Notes under the pieces: generated by a model
The model's input: only the letters and a program-made list of their open reading frames with translations
Told to the model about the DNA's origin: nothing
Database searches by the model: none
Assembly (NCBI GenBank): GCA_000165425.1
Contig: CT868037.1
Span: 1-64,000, forward strand
Source of the DNA: Paramecium tetraurelia
Taxonomy: Eukaryota
Reading direction: 5' to 3'
Length of the DNA stretch: 64,000 nt
In this document: positions 56,792 through 64,000 of the stretch, piece by piece
Numbering within the stretch: the first letter of the stretch is position 1
Layout of the letters: each line of letters starts with the position of its first letter
Translations under genes and position numbers: made by a program

Positions 56792-59700
56792 ATGTCCTAT
56801 CCTGTGAAAAACTCAGATATTGAAGGCCAGCACATTCTTTTTCAAGTTACGCCTGTTCAACTAAGCAAACTTCGGGTTTTATTGGCTGTAATTATTGAAT
56901 AAAGATAGTTAGGTTGTGTTCTCAATTTGTTCTGCTTTTGTTTTCGCCTTAGCTCTGAGATATTCCAGAAAATTTTACAATGCCTTTCTCTTTACTCAAT
57001 GTCAGGAAGAATCAGTCGCAACTCATTACTAAATAGAAACAGTTTAAGGTGAATAATTTGTGTGTGCCAAAAAATTTATCGACAATAAACCATATTTCCT
57101 CTTCAGGTAAATAAACTAACTATTCAAGAATGCTTAAGTACAGATTTAATGAATAATCGAAAAGTTACGAGCCCATTGAATTTGATGCAAAAGAAAAAGT
57201 TATCTCTGAAATTGTATAATCAAGAAATACACTTTCTAGAGACCTTAAAAATTAATATTTTGGAACATGTTAACTTAAGATCCCAATAGAATCTATATTC
57301 ATCTATTCTTTGCATGCATTTACAGGTCCATTCAATATTTTATAATATTTTGCTGTTGCAATATGGTTTGCAGAGAAAACAGTACTTCAACCTGTCCTGA
57401 TCTTGATTTTCACGGTTTTAACAGTCTATTTGAATTACTTTTTGTATGTTAGATCAAGAAGAAGATTATAATAATTGGCTAATATACATTAAGAAGTATC
57501 AATTAAAGAAAATGATTAAATTAAAGTGATTAATGGAGCTGATCTTTTACCTGGTGATTTACTCATCCTTAAAGATAATCAAACATTAAATTGTGATTGT
57601 GCTATCATTTAAGGTGATGTTATTGTTAATGAAGCCACTTTAACTGGTGAAGGTATTCCTATTCCTAAATCTGCATTACCTAATCAAAATTCTCTTTTTG
57701 AACTTGAAAAAATGTCTTAACATTGTTTATTTGAAGGAACTAAATTAATTTAAGTTAACAATGCTTAGCAAAATATAGCCATTGTACTAAGAACTGGTTT
57801 CACATCCCTTAGAGGTTAATATTTTAGAAATGTACTATTTCCTGAATCTCCATCAATGAGATTTTACATCCAAGCTGCTAAATTCATTCTTGAAATAGCA
57901 TTTATTATTGCAGTTGTATATGGATTCCTATTGATTGAATACATTCCAATGGAATTCAAATCAAGTCTTTTAGTATTGAGATTCTTGGATAATATAGTTT
58001 GGTCAATTCCACCATCAATGCCTATTTTCTTCTAAATTTGCAAGACTGCAAGTTTGGTTAGACTTGAAGCTAAAGGAGTTATTGGAAATAATGCTGATAA
58101 AGTAGAATCAGCTGGTAGAATTGATACTTGTTGTTTTGATAAAACAGGAACTCTTACTACTTTAGGATTTAAGGCAATTAAAGCATTTCCAGAAGAAGAA
58201 AAACCTATTTTAGATGCTATTATGGGTTGTTGTCATCATTTAATTAAAATAAATGGTTAATTATTAGGAGATCCATTAGAAATTGAAATGCTTAATTTTG
58301 TAGGTTGGCAATGTAACTTCAATAATAATCCATTAACAATTGATGGAAATGGAAAAACCTATATTATTCATAAGATATTTGACTTTAGTTCATCAAAATC
58401 AATGATGAGTGTTATTGTAACAGATGGATCTAAATACTATTTATATGCAAAAGGTTCTCCTGAATCAATTAATTCAATATCAATCAAGAAAAGAGATGAT
58501 TTAATTGAGGAATTCAATTTGAATGCTATTAAAGGTTATAGAGTCCTAGGATTAGCTTACAAAGAATTATAATCAAATTAGATTGATTAATAAAGAGAGT
58601 AATTAGAATCATAATTGAACTTTGTTGGTCTGTTAGTTATGGAGAACCCATTAAAATCAGATACAAATGAAATCATTACAACTTTAAAAGAATCAGGATT
58701 AGATATTAAAGTAATATCAGGAGATAATCCTTTGACAACTATTTAATGTGGAAAGTTAGCTGGTATTATTAATTCAGATAATGAAATTACATTTTTAGAT
58801 TATAATTAATAAAATTAAGAAATTATACTTTAATGTAATAACAATCAATAAATAATTAAAGATTAATAACCAAATAGTATTTAAGAATTAGAATCATTTA
58901 TATAGACTCAATAAGAATTAGCTTTAACTGGCAAATTTTTAGAATTTATGACAAATAAAGGCAATTTCTTAGTAGAGCCTAAGAATTCAGCAAATACTGT
59001 TGGTAAATCTTAAAGCAAGGAAAAGATATTTACTGAAATTAATCAAATTGATATTGACGACGGATCTTTTGGACAATTGACTATCTCTATTATTAAGAAA
59101 ACTAAGGTATTTGCTCGTTAAAAACCTGAATAAAAGAAATTAATTATTCAAATAATTCAAAGTTTTGGAAGATAAGTATTAATGTGTGGAGATGGTGCTA
59201 ATGATTGTGTAATAATATTCATTTAATTCATTTTAGTCAGCTATCTCATAAGCTTAAGTTGGAATTTCATTTAGTGAAGCTGATGCCTCATATACTGCTC
59301 CTTTCAGTAGTAAATCTACTTCATTAGATTGTGTTGTTAAAGTACTATTATAAGGCAAAGCAGCTACCATGACTATTATTGAAGTCTTTTAATATTAAAT
59401 CAGTGTTAATACATTGAAATTTGTAGCTGTACTCTTTACCTTTTTAGAAGCAGAAACCTTTGCAGATTTTCAATTTACTTATACAAGCATTATATCAAAT
59501 ATTCCCTTATTAATATTTTTATGTTTATCTGGTCCTTGTGATACATTAGCTAAATATAATCCATTAGATGATTAATTTGCTATTTATAATCCAAATTTAA
59601 ATATTTAATAATTTTAAATTTGGGGAGTAGCAGGGTATTATAATAATATTTATTTAAATTAGATTGATTGTCAATTATTTCATTTCAACAGCAGTTAGAG

Positions 59701-60130
59701 ATGTTCATACATGTGAAATAGATGAACCAATTGATAATTGTATTCCAAAACCAATAGAAGAATTAAAAAAATCTGGAGATATTTAATCAGTAATGTTTAT
59801 GAGTTTGATGTTCTTCTTTATGACATTTGCAATCAACTTATACATTTCCAATCCTTTCAAATAAAGATACTATAGAAACTACCTATTACTTTTATGGACA
59901 ATATTAGGTTTTATTCTATTCTTTGTTTCTGCTATCTTTCCAAAAGGAGGAAAATGGGCTAAATTGATTAATGTCAATGATAATGCGTAACTATATTTTA
60001 TTATATTTCTAGATTCAAAGGGTATAATTGGATCATGATAGCTGTTGTTGTAATAGCCGCCTTGTTAGGGTTTATTACTTAAGCTATTTTACAAAAATAT
60101 CTTCCTTCAAAAAAGAAAATTGAATTTTGA
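56792..60130 (+). CDS. P5-type P-type ATPase, copy 2
   Basis: Same motifs as copy 1 (IPPSMP, DKTGTLT, GDGAND) with conserved intron positions. Divergent N-terminus MSYPVKNSDIEGQH. TGA at 60128-60130. Confidence 0.93.
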
Positions 60131-60158
60131 ATTATTATAAAATAACATAACAAATTTA
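57254..60158 (+). repeat. Right arm of a ~2.9 kb inverted repeat (partner 39075-41975)
   Basis: Near-identity begins at TATTTTGGAACATG (57256, matching 41973) and extends ~28 nt past the stop codon. Confidence 0.95.
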
Positions 60159-60485
60159 TTTAATATAATTCATACTTTTTTAAAGATATAAATGAGATAA
60201 AATTATTAATGTTAGAAATTTATACGTGAGATTAATTTCCAATTAGGTTGATTACATAGTGTTTTCTCAAAATATTTTTTGTTAAACAAATGCATAGTAG
60301 GATTCAATAAATTTTATTGAATTAAAAATATAATGATTCAGCATAATAAGACTTATATTTAATTCAATTTCCATTTAAATTTCATATTAAGAAATTATCA
60401 TCTGCTATGTTAATTAAATTTGTTATTAATTGTATAACTATCTTTTGTGCAATTTTCTTTAGTCGAATTAATTATTTAATTTATT

Positions 60486-61566
60486 ATGTTTATTTTAGCA
60501 TTATTTTCTTTTGTTTCATCGCAAATTATTATTGGGTAATTGCCACCAAGCATAAATGAACAATTGACAATTAAAGTAGATACAAAATCGATTCGAATTA
60601 GTTATTGTTTGTCATCAGATTAATATAAAAATGGACTTAAGAAAAATGAATTCAATTATCCTAATCCAAAAACTTTTACCCAATTAAATCAGAAATTATT
60701 ACTTTAGTATATCACAAATGAAATTTTCAATGAAATGGAATCCAAATCAGCTTTGTTTCATCATGAAAATTGGAGATGCAAGTAATACACTATTTATGAT
60801 TATTTTCCTGAATTATTTGAAATATCAATCAATAATGCTAAGAATAGAATTCTCACAATCCTCAAATCGGAGAAATAAGATGCAGGTGAATTCAAACGTA
60901 ATTATACCACTTATTTTAGAAAGCCAAGATTGGACTTATTAATTACAACTTAATTCAAATACATAATAATAGTGGATGTAAATTAAATACAAAAAAGAGT
61001 CAAGTGGACCTAAGTATCATTATGAACGAAAATTGATTGGAGCTGGGTTGCATTAATTTATTGAAACTAAAATTATTTTTGATAAATAGCCTAGTTAGAA
61101 TGTAGTCATTGTAGATGAATTAGATACTTTTACTTATGTGGACAAGGATGAATTGGATAAGTTACCTTATGAGGCTAAATTGATGACAATTGTTGATATA
61201 GAAAGACCCAATGAACTTTCCACATAGCACATAATTCTGAGTCAACACAAAGGTGCTTTGGAAATTACATACCTCATGCCATATCATTTTCGATATCATT
61301 TGGCTTCAGACACACACTATAAGACCTCCTATGTTCCAAATATTCCCAGAGTTTACTTGGAATCGTAATCAGGTGACCCTTTAATTAAATCATTTTTCAA
61401 TGGCAACTTTGAGGAAGCTCAAATATCAACATACAAAGAACACCTAACATATTAAATTCCAGTTGGATACTTGCCATATAAAAATGTAGTAATTATGATA
61501 ACTATTGGTATCACACTTGGAATGGCCTTACATATATCTAACCTAATAAGAAGAGATAAATAGTGA
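60486..61566 (+). CDS. PIG-X/PBN1-like subunit of GPI mannosyltransferase I
   Basis: Signal peptide; RKLIGAGLH, YVDKDEL, DIERP, PYHFRYH and IPVG motifs followed by a C-terminal TM segment; one 22-nt intron restores the frame. Confidence 0.75.
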
Positions 61567-61977
61567 TATTTATATAAAATAGAATTTAAATAAACAATAC
61601 GAAACAAGGGATGAGGATAACTTATTATATCTAATATTAACAATCTGATATAATAATTTATAATCCCCAAAAATTACTATCTTTATTATAATAATATAAT
61701 GAAGTTAGATGACTTCCCTTCTGTTATTAATTTATTTTCAACTATAACTTAGTTTTGTATAGATATTAGCTAATTATTCTTTTTAACTTGTATTATGAAA
61801 AATTAATAAGATATGAGCATTATTTATAAAAAGAATTTAAATGTATGTATTTGTCATAAATGGTTAGATTATTTGAGATTGAAAAATTGTGATTTATTTA
61901 TAATAAAGAGTATTTAAGATAATAGGTCAATTGATTAATTAATTAATATAAATATAAAAATCTGATATATTTCTTAG

Positions 61978-64000
61978 ATGGCAGGAAAAGAAGCAACTTT
62001 AGTTTTATTAGATGTAGGTGCCTCAATGTATGAACCATACAAGTAGGCTCAAGGAAAGAAAATCACTAGATTAGAATTAGCTGTTGATTGCATAGGGATG
62101 ATGATTTAATAAAAGATCTTTAATTACAAGAATCATGAAGTTGGATTAGTTTTGTTTGGAACAGAGGACGCTGAGGATGGGAATACTTTTTACATCTAAA
62201 CATTGTCGTCTCCAGATCTAGAGTTTTATAGAAATCTGACAGAATTACCTAATCATGATATACCTAAAATAATTGGTGGAGATATTTTTGATGCTTTGGA
62301 CAAATCAGTTAGCACTTTAGATGAGTATGTGAAGACCAAGAAGATGGATAAGAAGATATTTGTGCTCACAGCAGGATTTGGTTAGACAGAATATAATGAG
62401 AAGAAGATTGCAAAGCTTATTAAAATGATTGAAAAAGTAGATGTGAAGATCAATTTCATAGCATTGGATTTCATGAATGAATATGATGCTGAATTGGATG
62501 ATCCTTCCAAACCTGAGAATCAAGAAACTCTAAATGATCGAATGCTTAATGCTGTTTACGAAAGTTAAGAGCAATCAATCAATTCACGTTTAGTTTATTA
62601 CATGGTTCAAGAACTAAGGAGTCATATGAGAATATTCCCAGCTAATATCGCATTTGAATTGTATTCACAATTTCACACCAAACAAATGCAAGCAAGAGCC
62701 TCATTTAGAGGAGATTTTCAAATAAATGATGAGACATCCATCTCTGTATTGGTTTACAAAAGATGCACAGAGGAGAAATTACCAAGTTTAAAAAAGCATT
62801 CTGCTACTGGAGAATTCAGCAGTGAACCCACTAGAAATGTAGTTAGAAATGACACCATTCATTACAATCCAGAAGACCCAAACATGACTCCAATTGAAAG
62901 AGAGAATATCATTAAGGGTTACTTATATGGCAGAAGCCTAATTCCTGTGGATAGTATAATGGAAGATAAAATGAAGTATTAATGTGTTAGGTCATTTTAA
63001 TTATTGGGATTTGTTGACAAGTCATAAATTCCTAGACATTATTTTATGTCTAGTGTGGACATGGTTGTAGCTATTGATTGTGAAAAAGCAAAGAAATCTT
63101 TATCTTCTTTGATCATAGCCTTAATTGCCACAAAGAAAATTGCTATTGCAAGATTTGTTGGCAGAGAAAAGAGTTCTCCAAAAATGGTGGTGTTATTGCC
63201 TCATAAATCAAAGAGCTATTAGTGTTTTTGGATGATTGCCTTACCCACTTCTGAAGACATCAGGCATTTCCAATTTGCTGCTTTAAGAAAGTCCACTCCT
63301 CATCAATAAATAGCTGTAGCCTCCTTGATTGATAAAATGGATCTAGAAGCACTTCCAAACGAATCTGGAGAACCAGAAGAATTACTTAAAATGAAATACA
63401 TTGCAAATCCAACTAGACAATATTTCTAATAAGTAGTCATGCATAAAGCTATCACAAGAACTGATGTCATTCCTCCAATCTCTCCTTTGATTCTAGAATA
63501 TTTGCATCCCGAATAACGAGTATACAATTATGCTTAGGATGCTATATAGAGAGTGAAGAATGCTTTTAAATTCAAAGTTAATGAAATCAAGAAACCCTAA
63601 GATAAAAAAGTATTTTGGAAACAATTATTCGATGAACAAACTACATAATAACAACAAGCTTAACAATAAATAGAGGAAGAAGTGGTTGAAATCAATAGAG
63701 AGGAGGAAGAGATGGTCAATATGTTTGCCAAATAAAAATTGGGATTCAATGATGATATCATTTAAGAAATTGGTTCTGTGGATCCAATCTCAGATTTCAA
63801 GAAAATGATCACTGAAAAGAGAGTCGATTTGGTTGATTCTGCCCTTCAACAAATTCAGAAGGTTATAATTGGATTAGTCGATTAATCAGTAAAAGGCAGT
63901 TTCTTCCCCAAGGCCTTGGAATGCTTAAAAGAAATGAGAAGAGCTTGTATTTCAGAAGATGAAGCTCCAGTTTTCAACAAGTTCCTCTTTGTACTTAAGG
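61978..64000 (+). CDS. KU80: Ku80 NHEJ subunit (runs off the window end)
   Basis: vWA start MAGKEATLVLLDVGASM..HEVGLVLFGTE..GDIFDAL; Ku core KGYLYG, LLGF, AIARFV, LPTSEDIRHFQF, LIDKMDL, NPT; C-terminal domain EIGSVDPISDFKKM. Confidence 0.95.

Noticed and set aside
39075..60158. Inverted repeats as transposon terminal repeats
   Set aside because: The arms are ATPase coding sequence, and no transposase is recognisable in the spacer.

Overview
AT-rich eukaryotic DNA from a ciliate, almost certainly Paramecium (aurelia group) macronuclear sequence. Genes read through TAA/TAG as Gln (translation table 6), stop only at TGA, and carry 22-33 nt GT-AG introns. The supplied standard-code ORF track therefore shows only fragments. 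Retranslated by hand, the window holds, in order: the 3' part of a divergent alpha-like tubulin (after a 150-N gap), a TauE/SafE transporter, a CK1-like kinase, a kinase with a long C-terminal extension and a decaying 3' end, a Cys-rich membrane protein, a WD40 protein, a Zn-motif/TPR protein with one TPR per 102-nt exon, an apparently intronless ~5,254-aa type-I surface protein, a Zn-motif/SPRY protein, a P5-type ATPase, a cytochrome P450, a CAMK-type kinase, an unknown 953-aa protein, a SHIPPO/ODF3-repeat protein, an importin-alpha-like protein, an EF-hand protein, a second P5-type ATPase, a PIG-X-like protein and the 5' part of Ku80. Three items stand out: (1) the giant surface protein, in which 11 beta-rich domains with bacterial-type repeats alternate with furin-like Cys repeats; (2) the two head-to-head P5-ATPases, which form a ~2.9 kb near-identical inverted repeat but have divergent 5' ends; (3) the TPR exon array. 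All translations are manual and no database searches were run.
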